Shown: positions 48,695 through 58,818, numbered from the stretch's first letter. The stretch is 64,000 nucleotides of DNA from Candidatus Latescibacterota bacterium (GCA_963761125.1 CAVXFV010000004.1:264544-328543), one strand, 5' to 3'. Notes: generated by a model from the letters alone, not told the origin. Translations and numbers: made by a program.

Positions 48695-49972
48695 ATGAAG
48701 AAGTTATCAATTGTTGCGATCGCCGTCGCGGCGCTGGTTGTTCTGGTGACGCAACCGGCGCCGGCTCAGCTGGAACTCCACGGATTCATCGAGGCGGCGG
48801 GTGGTCTTCGGCTCACGGACGTGGGTGCACCGCCGGCGAACTGGGGCAACGTGCCGCCGTCGTATCTGCCGCCGGTCTGGAGCGGTGGGCGCGACTTCAC
48901 GATGCGGGAAGCGCGCGTGCAGCTCAAAAGCGACCTCTACGGCGACAACGCCGAGGCGCACGTGGTCGCCGATTTCCTGGCGGACCAGGTAGCTGCCACG
49001 ACGGGCGTTGTGTTGCGCGAGGGTTGGATGCTGTTCGACGCGTTCAACAAGCACCTCGAGGTCCGCGCGGGACGCCAGCCCACGACGTGGGGGACGGGCG
49101 ACCTGTTGTTCATCAACGATCTCTTTCCGAAAGACTACGTGAGCTTCTTCATCGGCCGGGACGACCAGTATCTCAAGAGCCCGTCGGACGCGTTCCGCCT
49201 GGGCTTCTTCGGGCTGCCGTTTGCGGTCGACCTGGTGTACACGCCGATCTTCGCACCCAACGTGCTTCCCACCGGCGAGCGACTGGTGTTCTGGACGCCG
49301 GTGTTCGCGCCGGCGATGCTGCCGGACCAGACCGCGAGCGACGGTGAGGTGGCCCTGCGACTGAGCCGCGCCATCGGGACGACCAACCTCGCCCTCTACG
49401 GCTACCACGGGTTCTGGAAGTCGCCGTTCGCTCTGGCACCGGCCGACTCCGCGAGCGCGACCGGCACGTTCTTCTACTACCCGAAGCTCAACGTCGTGGG
49501 TGCGAGCGCGCGTGGCGCGTTGTTCGGCGGCGTCGGCTGGGTGGAGGGCGGCTGGTACGACTCCGCGGACGACCGCGACGGCACCGATCCCTACATCCCC
49601 AATTCCGAGGCGCGCGCCATGGCGGGGTACGAGCGCCAGTGGTGGAGCGACTTCACCGGCGGCGCGCAGTTCTACTGGGAAGGCGTACGCAACTACCACC
49701 CCGGCGAATACGTGAAGGATGAGAACTACACCCTGGCGACACTGCGCCTGACCCAGATGCTCCGCTATCAGACGGTCACGCTCTCCGCGTTCGGCTTCTA
49801 TTCGCCGAGCGATCAGGACGCATACGCGCGGCTCGGGGTGAGCTATGCGTACTCCGACCAGGTCAGCCTGACCGTGGGCGCCAACCTGTTTACCGGCAAC
49901 GACCCGCGCACGCTCTTCGGGATGAACGAGGACAACAGTAACGCATTCGTTCGCATGCGCTACAGCTTCTAG
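48695..49972 (+). CDS. outer-membrane beta-barrel protein
   Basis: 425 aa. Signal MKKLSIVAIAVAALVVLVTQPAPA. Aromatic-rich strands. C-terminal ...FVRMRYSF. Confidence 0.7.
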   Translation: MKKLSIVAIAVAALVVLVTQPAPAQLELHGFIEAAGGLRLTDVGAPPANWGNVPPSYLPPVWSGGRDFTMREARVQLKSDLYGDNAEAHVVADFLADQVAATTGVVLREGWMLFDAFNKHLEVRAGRQPTTWGTGDLLFINDLFPKDYVSFFIGRDDQYLKSPSDAFRLGFFGLPFAVDLVYTPIFAPNVLPTGERLVFWTPVFAPAMLPDQTASDGEVALRLSRAIGTTNLALYGYHGFWKSPFALAPADSASATGTFFYYPKLNVVGASARGALFGGVGWVEGGWYDSADDRDGTDPYIPNSEARAMAGYERQWWSDFTGGAQFYWEGVRNYHPGEYVKDENYTLATLRLTQMLRYQTVTLSAFGFYSPSDQDAYARLGVSYAYSDQVSLTVGANLFTGNDPRTLFGMNEDNSNAFVRMRYSF

Positions 49973-50065
49973 CTTTTGACGCGCGACCTGCGCGCACATT
50001 ATATTGACTCCGCCGCCGGCGATGGTCGCCCGGCGGCGGTGCTATTTTGTCGCGGGAGGAATGCC

Positions 50066-51154
50066 GTGCGCGCCCGGTTTGTCATCGCCGCCCTGTCCGT
50101 GGTCTTGCTGTTCGCCGCCCGGAGCGCGGGCGCCTGGTCCGCCGGACACAATGGTGCGCCGTTCAGCATCACCGAGGTGTCGCCCGGCGTATACGCCGTC
50201 ATCAGCCTGGATCCGCTGGGGCTCGCCAACCACTCCAACGCCGTGTTCATCGTCACCGACGATGACGTCGTCGTGGTCGACACGCAGTTCACGCTGGAAC
50301 GCACGCAACTCGTTCGCGCGCTGTTGCTGACGCTCACCGAAAAGCCGGTGGGCGCGGTGATCAACACGCACTGGCACGACGACCACACGTTCGGCAACCA
50401 GGTCTACCAGGGCGAATTCCCCAACGTCGAGATCGTCGCCCAGGCGAACACGAAGGAAGACATGGCTGGCATCGGCGTCGAGAATCGGAAGAACCAGGTC
50501 GCCGGCGGCGCGGACGCGGTGGCGATGTTCAAGAACGCGCTCGAGAAGGGCGTGGCGCTGGATGGCACGCCCATGAGCGACGATGAACGCGAAGCGTACG
50601 AAAGCACCGTGGAGATCGCGGAGGAATATCTCAACGACCAGGCGACCTTCACGCTCACGCTCCCGACGAAGGCGTTCGACCGCCGCCTCACGCTTCGCGA
50701 TGGCGGGCGCACGGTAGAGTTGCGCCACTTTGGACCCGCCGTGACGCGCGGCGACGCGGTCGTCGTGTTGCCGAAGGAGGGGATCGTCGTCACCGGCGAC
50801 CTCGTCGACAATCCGATGCCGTTCACGTACGGCTGCGACGTGTCCGGCTGGATCGCCGCGCTCGATTCGCTCCAGGCGCTGTCGCCGCAGATCATCATTC
50901 CCGGTCACGGTCCCATCATGTACGACGACTCGAAGATCGTCCTGTTGAAGCAGGCGCTGGTGGCGATCCGGGACCAGACCGCCGCCGCGGTCGGTCGCGG
51001 CGAGACGCTCGACCAGGCGCGCGCCGGCATCCACCTCGACGAGTTCCGCACGCAGATGGCCGGCGACAGCAAGATGATGCGATTCCTGTTCGACGGCTTC
51101 TTCGCCGGGCCCGCGATCGGCAGCGCCTACGAGGCGGCGTCGAAGGCGCACTGA
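50066..51154 (+). CDS. secreted MBL-fold metallo-hydrolase
   Basis: GTG 50066 with GGGAGGA upstream. Signal peptide. INTHWHDDHTFGN (HxHxDH) and IIPGHGP. Confidence 0.85.
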   Translation: MRARFVIAALSVVLLFAARSAGAWSAGHNGAPFSITEVSPGVYAVISLDPLGLANHSNAVFIVTDDDVVVVDTQFTLERTQLVRALLLTLTEKPVGAVINTHWHDDHTFGNQVYQGEFPNVEIVAQANTKEDMAGIGVENRKNQVAGGADAVAMFKNALEKGVALDGTPMSDDEREAYESTVEIAEEYLNDQATFTLTLPTKAFDRRLTLRDGGRTVELRHFGPAVTRGDAVVVLPKEGIVVTGDLVDNPMPFTYGCDVSGWIAALDSLQALSPQIIIPGHGPIMYDDSKIVLLKQALVAIRDQTAAAVGRGETLDQARAGIHLDEFRTQMAGDSKMMRFLFDGFFAGPAIGSAYEAASKAH

Positions 51155-51199
51155 CCCGGCCGCTCGCCGGTATTGACAGCGCCCGGCAAGTCCTCAACA

Positions 51200-51463
51200 A
51201 TGCCAGCCATGTCGGACGAGATCCTCCGGATCCTGGAAGAGATGCGTCAGCAGCAGCGCGAGGCCGCTGCCCGCCAGGAGCAGGCGCTGGCATTCTTGCG
51301 CGCCGAAGCCGAAACCGCGCACCGGGTGCGCGAAGAAGCGCTCGCCATGCAGCGGGCCGCCACCGACCGCGTTCGCCGCGTCGGGGTGTTCGCGTTCGCC
51401 GGTATCGTCCTGTGCATCGTGCTGATCGTTTATCTCGTGTCCAAGTACCGGATCCTCTTTTGA
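51200..51463 (+). CDS. small coiled-coil protein with C-terminal TM anchor
   Basis: MPAMSDEILRILEEMRQQQREAAARQEQ...VGVFAFAGIVLCIVLIVYLV. Start uncertain. Confidence 0.4.
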   Translation: MPAMSDEILRILEEMRQQQREAAARQEQALAFLRAEAETAHRVREEALAMQRAATDRVRRVGVFAFAGIVLCIVLIVYLVSKYRILF

Positions 51464-51523
51464 CCTGCCCCCGGATTTCGGTATACTCGCCGTCCAACGG
51501 ATCGGAGTTGTGAGCATCCCGAG

Positions 51524-52786
51524 ATGAGTCGTACCCGCGCCGGCCGGAGCGCCGTCCTTTTCATATTCATCGCCGTGCTCGTCGACGTGATCGGGCTCGG
51601 CATCATCGTGCCCGTCATTCCGCGGCTGATCATGGATCTGACCGGCGAGGGCGTCAGCCGTGCGGCGATCTACGGCGGCTGGCTATGGTTCGCGTACGCG
51701 GTGATGCAGTTCTTCTGCGCGCCCATTCTCGGAAACCTGAGCGACCGCGTGGGACGCCGGCCGGTCCTGTTGTTTTCGCTGGCGGCACTCGGCGTCGACT
51801 ACACCATCATGGGACTGGCGCCGGCGCTGTCGTGGTTGTTCGTCGGCCGCACACTCGCCGGAATCGCCGGCGCGTCGTTCATCCCGGCATACGCGTATCT
51901 CGCGGACGTCACGCCGCCCGAAAAGCGCGCGCAGAACTTCGGACTGGTGGGCGCCGCGTTCGGCCTGGGATTCATCCTCGGGCCCGCCGCCGGCGGCCTG
52001 CTGGGCCAGATCGGCACGCGCGTCCCGTTCTTTGCGGCGGCGGCCCTCGCTGGATTGAACGTGTTGTTCGGACTGTTCGTACTGCCCGAATCGTTGCCGA
52101 AGGAATCGCGGCGGCCGTTCCAGATCCGCCGCGCCAACCCGGTCGGCGCCCTGGTTCACCTTCGCAAATATCCCGTCGTCCCGGGAATCGCGGCGGCGCT
52201 CTTTCTCTGGCAACTCGCGCAGCAGTCGTTTTCGAGCACGTGGGCGTTCTTCACGATGTACAAGTTCAACTGGTCCGAGGCGCAGGTCGGCGGGTCGCTG
52301 GCGTTCGTCGGCGTGATCATGGCGACGAGCCAGGGTGTGCTGACGCGTGTCGTGGTTCCGCGCTTTAGGGAACGGCGCGTCGTTCTGACCGGTCTGTTGT
52401 GCGGCATCGTGGGCTACGTCGCGCTCGGTTTCGCATCGCGGGGATGGATGATGTACGCGTTCATGCTGCCGTGGCTGATCGCCGGACTCGCATATCCGTC
52501 GATGAACGCGATCATGTCGCAGCAGGTCCCGCCGGACGCACAGGGCGAATTACAGGGAGGCGTCGCCAGTCTCTACAGCCTGGCGCTCGTCGTTGGCCCG
52601 CCCGTCATGACGCAACTGTTCGGCCGGTTCTCCGGCAAGACGGCGGTCGCCCACGTTCCCGGCGCCGCGTTTCTGTTCTCCGCGCTTCTTGCGACCGTCA
52701 GCGCGGGGCTGTTCCTGCGCGCGGTCGTCTCTGCCCGAACCGCTCGCCGGGCGACGGCGCCCGCGCCGCTTGCAGGAAACCCGTGA
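51524..52786 (+). CDS. MFS transporter (TCR/Tet-like, DHA1)
   Basis: 420 aa with 12 predicted TM segments. GNLSDRVGRRPVLL motif. Confidence 0.9.
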   Translation: MSRTRAGRSAVLFIFIAVLVDVIGLGIIVPVIPRLIMDLTGEGVSRAAIYGGWLWFAYAVMQFFCAPILGNLSDRVGRRPVLLFSLAALGVDYTIMGLAPALSWLFVGRTLAGIAGASFIPAYAYLADVTPPEKRAQNFGLVGAAFGLGFILGPAAGGLLGQIGTRVPFFAAAALAGLNVLFGLFVLPESLPKESRRPFQIRRANPVGALVHLRKYPVVPGIAAALFLWQLAQQSFSSTWAFFTMYKFNWSEAQVGGSLAFVGVIMATSQGVLTRVVVPRFRERRVVLTGLLCGIVGYVALGFASRGWMMYAFMLPWLIAGLAYPSMNAIMSQQVPPDAQGELQGGVASLYSLALVVGPPVMTQLFGRFSGKTAVAHVPGAAFLFSALLATVSAGLFLRAVVSARTARRATAPAPLAGNP

Positions 52787-52842
52787 CTCGTGCATAGTCA
52801 CCGGCCGATTCCCAACCCGGTCGCAACCCGTACATAACACCT

Positions 52843-53217
52843 ATGGCTGTCACTTATCGTATCGACGGGAATATTCTGTTCATGATCCTCTCCGGGACGT
52901 ATGTGCCCGACGACGTTCCCCGCCAGTTCGTCGCGGCGATCAACGACCCCGCGTGCCCGGAGCACGTACACCTCGTGGTCGACGTCACCGCCTCCGGATC
53001 GCTCGCCACGCGCCCGACCGACGATATCCGGCGCGTTGCCGAGGCGCTTGGCCCCTACGCCGCCCGCATCGGCGGACGCTGTGCGGTGGTGGCGAGCGAA
53101 GACGTCCACTTTGGACTGAGCCGCATGGGCGCGGTCTACAGCCAGGGCGTCGGCGTGGAAACCCAGGTCTTCCGAACGCTTGACGACGCGTTCGCCTGGC
53201 TCGACGCCGGCGTCTGA
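52843..53217 (+). CDS. hypothetical protein
   Basis: 124-aa ORF with normal composition. No family recognised. Confidence 0.55.
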   Translation: MAVTYRIDGNILFMILSGTYVPDDVPRQFVAAINDPACPEHVHLVVDVTASGSLATRPTDDIRRVAEALGPYAARIGGRCAVVASEDVHFGLSRMGAVYSQGVGVETQVFRTLDDAFAWLDAGV

Positions 53218-53230
53218 GACCGTTCGCCAC

Positions 53231-53254
53231 ATCGCGGCCGCGATTCACTATAAT
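53231..53254 (+). promoter_or_regulatory. perfect 14-nt palindrome ATCGCGGCCGCGAT followed by TATAAT upstream of the cyclase gene
   Basis: Palindrome at 53231-53244, TATAAT at 53249-53254, then GAGGAGG and ATG 53275. The TATAAT-to-ATG distance is short, so a leaderless-like or very short 5' UTR would be implied. Confidence 0.35.
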
Positions 53255-53274
53255 GAGGAGGTCGCAGGCCCGCG

Positions 53275-53940
53275 ATGAAACGCACGACACTCATAGACGT
53301 CAGTCACTCCGTCGAGCACGGGATGGTTACCTACCGGGGACTCCCGGCGCCGCTGGTCTGCGATTTCCTCAGTCGTGAGGCGTCGCGCGAGGTGTATGCC
53401 GAGGGCGTCACGTTTCATATCGGCCGCATCGACATGGTCGCGAACACCGGGACCTACGTCGACGCTCCGTTCCATCGCTACGAAGACGGTAAGGATCTCG
53501 CGGAACTACCGATCGAATCGCTGGCGAACCTCGACGGCCGGGTGGTCCGCGTCGAGCGCGGCCGCCGCGAGATCGATCGAAGCGCGTTCGAAGGACGGGA
53601 CCTCGCGGGCAAGGCCGTGCTCGTCGACACGGGTTGGTCGCGCCACTGGCGAACCGACGCGTACTTCGAAGGCCATCCGTTTCTCACCGAAGACGCCGCC
53701 GTGTTCCTGCGCGACGTGAAGGCGCGGCTGGTGGGGATCGATTCCCTGAACATCGACGACACCGCCGACCTCCGCCGCCCGGTTCATTCGACGCTGCTCG
53801 GTGCCGACATCCCGATCGTCGAGCACCTGTGCCGGCTCGACCGGCTTCCGGACAGCGGATTCGCGTTCCACGCCGTGCCCGTGAAGGTCCGGCGCTTCGG
53901 GACGTTTCCGGTGCGCGCGTACGCGGTGGTCGGGTCGTAG
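53275..53940 (+). CDS. cyclase family protein (arylformamidase-like)
   Basis: 221 aa. LIDVSHSVEHGM...GTYVDAPFHRY...VLVDTGW...GIDSLNID. Confidence 0.85.
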   Translation: MKRTTLIDVSHSVEHGMVTYRGLPAPLVCDFLSREASREVYAEGVTFHIGRIDMVANTGTYVDAPFHRYEDGKDLAELPIESLANLDGRVVRVERGRREIDRSAFEGRDLAGKAVLVDTGWSRHWRTDAYFEGHPFLTEDAAVFLRDVKARLVGIDSLNIDDTADLRRPVHSTLLGADIPIVEHLCRLDRLPDSGFAFHAVPVKVRRFGTFPVRAYAVVGS

Positions 53941-54072
53941 CGCTTCTCATCACTCGCCGTGGCGCGGCGACGCCACTTCCATGGGTCCACAGCGTCGAGT
54001 TGCGAAGCCGTCGCGGTTGGCCTATTCTAAGGCGAAGCGCACACACCAACCGACCGACCGGGAGGCAAGACC

Positions 54073-54498
54073 ATGGCTGCACTTCTTCGAACGGCGACGG
54101 GTGTCTGGCACGGAGACCTGCGAAGCGGCACGGGCGAGATGGGAACGACGAGCGGGGTGTTCGACCGGGTGCCGTTCACGTTTGCCACCCGCTTCGAAAA
54201 CGCGAAGGGAACCAACCCCGAGGAACTCATCGCCGCCGCGCATGCGGGGTGTTTCAGCATGGCGTTTTCGAACTATCTGAGCAAACAGGGACACGTGCCC
54301 GATACGATCACGACCCGGGCGACGATCAGTCTCGAGGACGGCAAGATCAGCAAGATGCATCTCGAGACGCGCGGCAAGGTATCGGGACTCGACGAAGCGA
54401 CGTTCAAACAGATGGCCGTCGAGGCCGAGAAAACGTGCCCGGTCTCGGTACTGCTTCGCCCGGGCCTGACGATTACGCTCGATGCCTCGCTGATGTAG
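54073..54498 (+). CDS. osmC: OsmC family peroxiredoxin
   Basis: 141 aa. TNPEELIAAAHAGCFSMA ... AEKTCPVS (the two conserved Cys). Confidence 0.9.
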   Translation: MAALLRTATGVWHGDLRSGTGEMGTTSGVFDRVPFTFATRFENAKGTNPEELIAAAHAGCFSMAFSNYLSKQGHVPDTITTRATISLEDGKISKMHLETRGKVSGLDEATFKQMAVEAEKTCPVSVLLRPGLTITLDASLM

Positions 54499-54517
54499 CG
54501 GAGGCGAAAGGACCCAC

Positions 54518-54835
54518 GTGAAATATCGATCGATGCTCGGCGTTCTGTTGGCGGTGGCCGCCGGCGCGTTGGTTGCGTGGATCGACTCGCGCCCCAACTG
54601 GGACGACACCGGCGTCACGGCATTCATGATCCTGTGCGGGTCGGCCGGTGCGACGTGGGTGGGTGCGCCGGCGTGGCTCGCGGCCCTCGCCGTGTCCGGG
54701 CCGATCATCGCGGCACCGCTTCTCCGGGGCGAGTGGATGATGCTGCTGCCGCTCGGGATCGCGCTGGTCGGTGCGTTCGCGGGGCTGTTCTTCCGGCGCG
54801 CGGTGTCGTCGCGGAGGGCGGCGAGCAAATCGTGA
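54518..54835 (+). CDS. small hypothetical membrane protein
   Basis: 105 aa, three hydrophobic spans, GTG start. Confidence 0.5.
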   Translation: MKYRSMLGVLLAVAAGALVAWIDSRPNWDDTGVTAFMILCGSAGATWVGAPAWLAALAVSGPIIAAPLLRGEWMMLLPLGIALVGAFAGLFFRRAVSSRRAASKS

Positions 54836-55971
54836 GTGTGCGTCGCGTCGTCGTGGTGTCGGTGATCGCTCTCGTCGTGGGGGGCGGGTCCGCGTCGGCG
54901 CAGCAGCGCTTCTCCGACGACTTCGAACACGGTCTCAAGAAATGGGACCTCACCGGGGTCGAGGGCGCGATGATCCGGGACTCCGGTGACCCCGCGCACG
55001 GTCATGTGCTGCTCTTGCGTCCGCAGGGCGACGTGCTCGCGCTGATCCACGGCTCCGAGAAGTGGGGCCCGGTCCGGGTCGAGGGGGACGTTCTCTTTCC
55101 GACCGACGAACAGAACTATCTCGGCGTGGTCTACAACGAGCACCAGACGGGGGACCGCCGCGACTTCGGTTTGATCTATATCAAAGGGAACGGGTCGTTC
55201 CTGATGGTGAATCCCCACCGCGACTTCAACGTGGGCCGCACGCTCTACGAAGAGTTTCACGTCGACCTCGAAGGCGACGCGGCGATCCGCGTAAACGAGT
55301 GGACGCATTTCAAGATGGAAGTCGTCGGCAAGGCCTGCCACTTCTACGTCGGCAACGTCGCCGCGCCGCAGCTGACGTTTCCGTTCTTCGAACTGGGCGA
55401 CGGCGCCGTCGGGTTGCAGCCGCGCTCGGTGGGCGGCGATGTCTGGGTCGACAACGTCGTCGTCACGTCGATCGCGAAGTTCACCTATCAGGGTCCGCCG
55501 CATCCCACCGGGATTCAGTACGACCCGGAGGCGATGATCACCAGTTGGCGCGTACTGGGTCCGTTTACGGAAACTCGGGACGAGGTCGCGCGCGACCCCC
55601 GCTCCGTGGAAGACGAGTGGAAGCCGTTCGAGACCGACCCGCGCGGCGCGGTTATCACCGGACGCGTGGTCGACTATCACGGGCCCAATACGGTCGCGTA
55701 TTTCCGTGCCGACGTGGTTCGCGACGAGGCCGGGCCGTCGGTCCTGCGCATCAGCACCGTGGACGACCTGGCGTTGTGGGTGAACGGCCATTTCGAGGGG
55801 TTCATTCCGCGCGAGGAACGCGCGTGGTACGACTTCTGGCGCAACGACCAGCACGAAGGCGAGCGGATTACCGTCAATCTGGTCGACGGCCGGAACGACA
55901 TCGTGTTTCGTGTGCGCGGGGGCGTGTACGCCAGCGGGGGCTTCTTTGCGCGCGTGGAGCGCGCGCGATAG
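54832..55971 (+). CDS. secreted concanavalin-A-like/DUF1080-like protein
   Basis: GTG 54832 overlaps the upstream stop (GTGA). Signal VSVRRVVVVSVIALVVGGGSASA. FSDDFEHGLKKWDL...WTHFKMEVVGKACHFYV. Confidence 0.6.
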   Translation: MSVRRVVVVSVIALVVGGGSASAQQRFSDDFEHGLKKWDLTGVEGAMIRDSGDPAHGHVLLLRPQGDVLALIHGSEKWGPVRVEGDVLFPTDEQNYLGVVYNEHQTGDRRDFGLIYIKGNGSFLMVNPHRDFNVGRTLYEEFHVDLEGDAAIRVNEWTHFKMEVVGKACHFYVGNVAAPQLTFPFFELGDGAVGLQPRSVGGDVWVDNVVVTSIAKFTYQGPPHPTGIQYDPEAMITSWRVLGPFTETRDEVARDPRSVEDEWKPFETDPRGAVITGRVVDYHGPNTVAYFRADVVRDEAGPSVLRISTVDDLALWVNGHFEGFIPREERAWYDFWRNDQHEGERITVNLVDGRNDIVFRVRGGVYASGGFFARVERAR

Positions 55972-55987
55972 GCGGGACGCAGATACG

Positions 55988-56473
55988 ATGACCGATCAGC
56001 CCACGCTCGCCATCCAGGATTTCTACCCCGACGATTTTTCGCACTGCTTCGGCTGCGGGCGGCTCAACGCGCACGGTCACCGGATCAAGAGCTACGTCGA
56101 CGGCGAATCGACGGTCGCGCGGTTCACCCCGGGCCCGCAGCACATGGCGCTCCCCGGTTTCGTGTACGGCGGCCTGGTGGCCTCGTTGATCGACTGCCAC
56201 GCCATGGCCACCGCCGCGGCGGCCGCGGAAACGGCCGCCGGGCGCCGCATCGGCGACGGCCCGACGCCGCGCTTCGTGACGGCGTCGCTCCGGGTGACGT
56301 TTCTCAAGCCCACGCCGCTCGGACCGGAACTGGAGGTCCGCGGGCGTGTACGCGAACGTAGCGATCGCAAGGCCATCGTGGACGTGACCGTTGAGGCGGC
56401 GGGCGTGGTCACGGCGACCGGTGAAGTGGTGGCCGTTCCGATGCCGGCGTCGATGGTGCGTGCTCGCGATTGA
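55988..56473 (+). CDS. PaaI-family hotdog-fold thioesterase
   Basis: ATG 55988. CFGCG...GFVYGGLVASLIDCH. Confidence 0.8.
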   Translation: MTDQPTLAIQDFYPDDFSHCFGCGRLNAHGHRIKSYVDGESTVARFTPGPQHMALPGFVYGGLVASLIDCHAMATAAAAAETAAGRRIGDGPTPRFVTASLRVTFLKPTPLGPELEVRGRVRERSDRKAIVDVTVEAAGVVTATGEVVAVPMPASMVRARD

Positions 56474-56533
56474 TCCGGGTACGATGCGCTCCGGTTTGCT
56501 ATGATGGTCCACTGGCCGCTCGAGGAATGAATC

Positions 56534-56953
56534 ATGACACGATCCGACGCAAATACACTGTGCTACGAATTGACCCTGTCGATGTCCTACGAGGCCGCGG
56601 TGGAACACGTTTCCGCGGAACTCAAGAAGGAAGGGTTCGGCATCCTGACACGCATCGACGTCGATGTGGCGTTTCGGGAGAAACTCGGCGAAGAGTTTCG
56701 CCGCTACGTGATCCTGGGCGCGTGCAACCCGCCGCTCGCGCACCGCGCCCTCTCGGCCCGTCCCGAGGCGGGGATGCTGTTACCCTGCAACGTCACCGTC
56801 GACGAGGTGGCGCCGGGCACGTGCCACGTCCGCATCGTCAATGCGGGCGAGATGATGAAGGTCGGCGGATTCGAAAACGACCCTGTGATCGCCGCAGTCG
56901 GCGCCGAGGCGGACGAACGGCTCCGTCGCGTCGCGGCCGCACTGCGTTCCTGA
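56534..56953 (+). CDS. DUF302 domain-containing protein
   Basis: 139 aa. EGFGILTRIDV...YVILGACNPPLA...LLPCNVTV. Confidence 0.85.
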   Translation: MTRSDANTLCYELTLSMSYEAAVEHVSAELKKEGFGILTRIDVDVAFREKLGEEFRRYVILGACNPPLAHRALSARPEAGMLLPCNVTVDEVAPGTCHVRIVNAGEMMKVGGFENDPVIAAVGAEADERLRRVAAALRS

Positions 56954-56969
56954 CGAATTCGGAGGTTTC

Positions 56970-57455
56970 ATGGCCGCAGCCGATAGTCCGAATGTCAAGT
57001 TTCCGCCACCGTTCATCTATGTGATCGCGTTTTGCGTGGGACTGTGGGTGCACCGCACCGTGGGAGGCGACGCATTGCCCGTCGGATGGCACACCGCGGG
57101 CGAAGGCGCGGGATCCGTGATCGCCTTCGGTGGCTTTGCGCTGAGTCTCTCGGGTGTTGCGACGTTTCGCCGGGCCGGCACCCATATCGCCCCGGTTCGC
57201 CCGGCGACGGCGCTGGTGGAACGCGGCCCTTACCGGTTCACCCGCAACCCGATGTATCTGGGGCTCGCGACGTTCTATACCGGGATCGCGCTCTTGATCG
57301 GCCGGTTGTGGCCGCTGTTGTTCCTGCCGGTCGCGATCCTCGTGGTGGATCGCGCGGTCATTGCGCGCGAGGAGCACTACCTGACGGGCCGCTTTGGCGA
57401 TGCCTATCAAGCGTACTGCGCCCGGGTTCACCGGTGGCTGGGACGCCGCGTGTAG
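56970..57455 (+). CDS. isoprenylcysteine carboxyl methyltransferase / phospholipid methyltransferase family protein
   Basis: 161 aa membrane protein. GPYRFTRNPMYLG...EEHYLTGRFGDAYQAY. Confidence 0.85.
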   Translation: MAAADSPNVKFPPPFIYVIAFCVGLWVHRTVGGDALPVGWHTAGEGAGSVIAFGGFALSLSGVATFRRAGTHIAPVRPATALVERGPYRFTRNPMYLGLATFYTGIALLIGRLWPLLFLPVAILVVDRAVIAREEHYLTGRFGDAYQAYCARVHRWLGRRV

Positions 57456-57519
57456 TCGCGTGCGATCGCCTTCGAATTCTCATTGGTTTCGTCCACCATC
57501 GACTCAGGAGGTTTCCATC

Positions 57520-58290
57520 GTGAAAGCATTTTCGTTGTTCGTCCTGACACTTTGCATCGCCGGCGCGTCGCACGCCGCGGTTCGCCTCGATCCGGTCGAG
57601 TACAAGGCGGGTGACATGACGCTGCGCGGCTTCGTCGCGTACGACGACGCGGTCACCGCCAAACGGCCCGGGGTCGTGGTCGTCCACCAGTGGTGGGGTC
57701 TCGATGACAACGCCAAGACGCGTGCAAAGATGCTCGCGGAGGCCGGATACGTCGCCTTCGCCGCCGACATGTATGGCGACGGCAAAGTCACCGACCACCC
57801 GCAGGAAGCGGGAGAATGGGCGACCGCCGTCGGCAAGAACAAGCAGGTCGCCGGTGAACGGTTCAACGCGGCGGTCGAGCAGCTCAAGAAGAATCCCCGC
57901 GTCGACCCCGCGCACATCTGCGCGATCGGCTACTGCTTCGGCGGGTCGATCGTTCTGGGCGCGGCGATGAGTGGCGCCGACCTGGACGGCGTGGTGAGCT
58001 TTCACGGCGGGCTGCCGGCGGACCCGGCGACGGGCAAGGTCACCGCGAGCATCCTCGTGTGTCACGGCGCGGCCGACGGTTTCGCGCCGCCCGAACTGAT
58101 TCAGACCTTCCAGAAGAACCTCGCCGCCGCGAACGCCGACTGGGAGTTCATCTCCTATGGAAACGCCATGCATGCGTTCACCGATCCGACCGCCGATAAG
58201 CGCGGTATCCCCGGGCTCGCGTACAACGAGAAGGCCGACAAGCGGTCGTGGAAGACCGCACTCGATTTCCTCGCCGAGGTAACGAAGTAA
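57520..58290 (+). CDS. secreted dienelactone hydrolase family protein
   Basis: GTG 57520 with AGGAGG upstream. VVVVHQWWGL...IGYCFGG...HGAAD. Confidence 0.85.
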   Translation: MKAFSLFVLTLCIAGASHAAVRLDPVEYKAGDMTLRGFVAYDDAVTAKRPGVVVVHQWWGLDDNAKTRAKMLAEAGYVAFAADMYGDGKVTDHPQEAGEWATAVGKNKQVAGERFNAAVEQLKKNPRVDPAHICAIGYCFGGSIVLGAAMSGADLDGVVSFHGGLPADPATGKVTASILVCHGAADGFAPPELIQTFQKNLAAANADWEFISYGNAMHAFTDPTADKRGIPGLAYNEKADKRSWKTALDFLAEVTK

Positions 58291-58818
58291 GTGACGACCA
58301 CGCGCCTGGGAATTCGCGCCGCCGCGGTGGCGTGCGGGCTCGTGCTGCTGGCCGCCGGCTGCGCCAAACAGGGCGCTCGCAACGCGGCGCCGGGCGAGAT
58401 TCCCGGCGTCGCGCCCGCGCCGGGCGGGCTCAAGTTCAGCGTGTCGATCCGCCCCCAGCGACTGGCGCTCGGCCAGCGCCTGTACATGGAGGCGTCGATG
58501 TTCAATGACAGCGAACACGTCTTCAAGAAAGACTTCCCGACCGGGTGCGCGTGGGACTACGAAGTGCTCGACGAGAATGGGAACGTGGTCGGGCCGGTGC
58601 ACACGTGCGCGGATTCGGCGCAGGCGAAAATCCAGCTCGAGCCCGGGGAGTTGCGCATGATCGTCCGCGAATGGAAGGGGCACGACCGATACTTCAGCGG
58701 TCCGGCGGACGTCGGGCCTGGACGCTACCAGATCGTGGCGGGCCTGGTCGGAAAGGATCTCCGCGTCGTCGCCATGTCGGAGCCCGCGTGGGTCGAACTC
58801 ACGCCGAGGGTTCGATGA
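58291..58818 (+). CDS. hypothetical lipoprotein (BsuPI-like inhibitor fold possible)
   Basis: Lipobox LVLLAAGC. 175 aa. The family call is weak. Confidence 0.5.
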   Translation: MTTTRLGIRAAAVACGLVLLAAGCAKQGARNAAPGEIPGVAPAPGGLKFSVSIRPQRLALGQRLYMEASMFNDSEHVFKKDFPTGCAWDYEVLDENGNVVGPVHTCADSAQAKIQLEPGELRMIVREWKGHDRYFSGPADVGPGRYQIVAGLVGKDLRVVAMSEPAWVELTPRVR

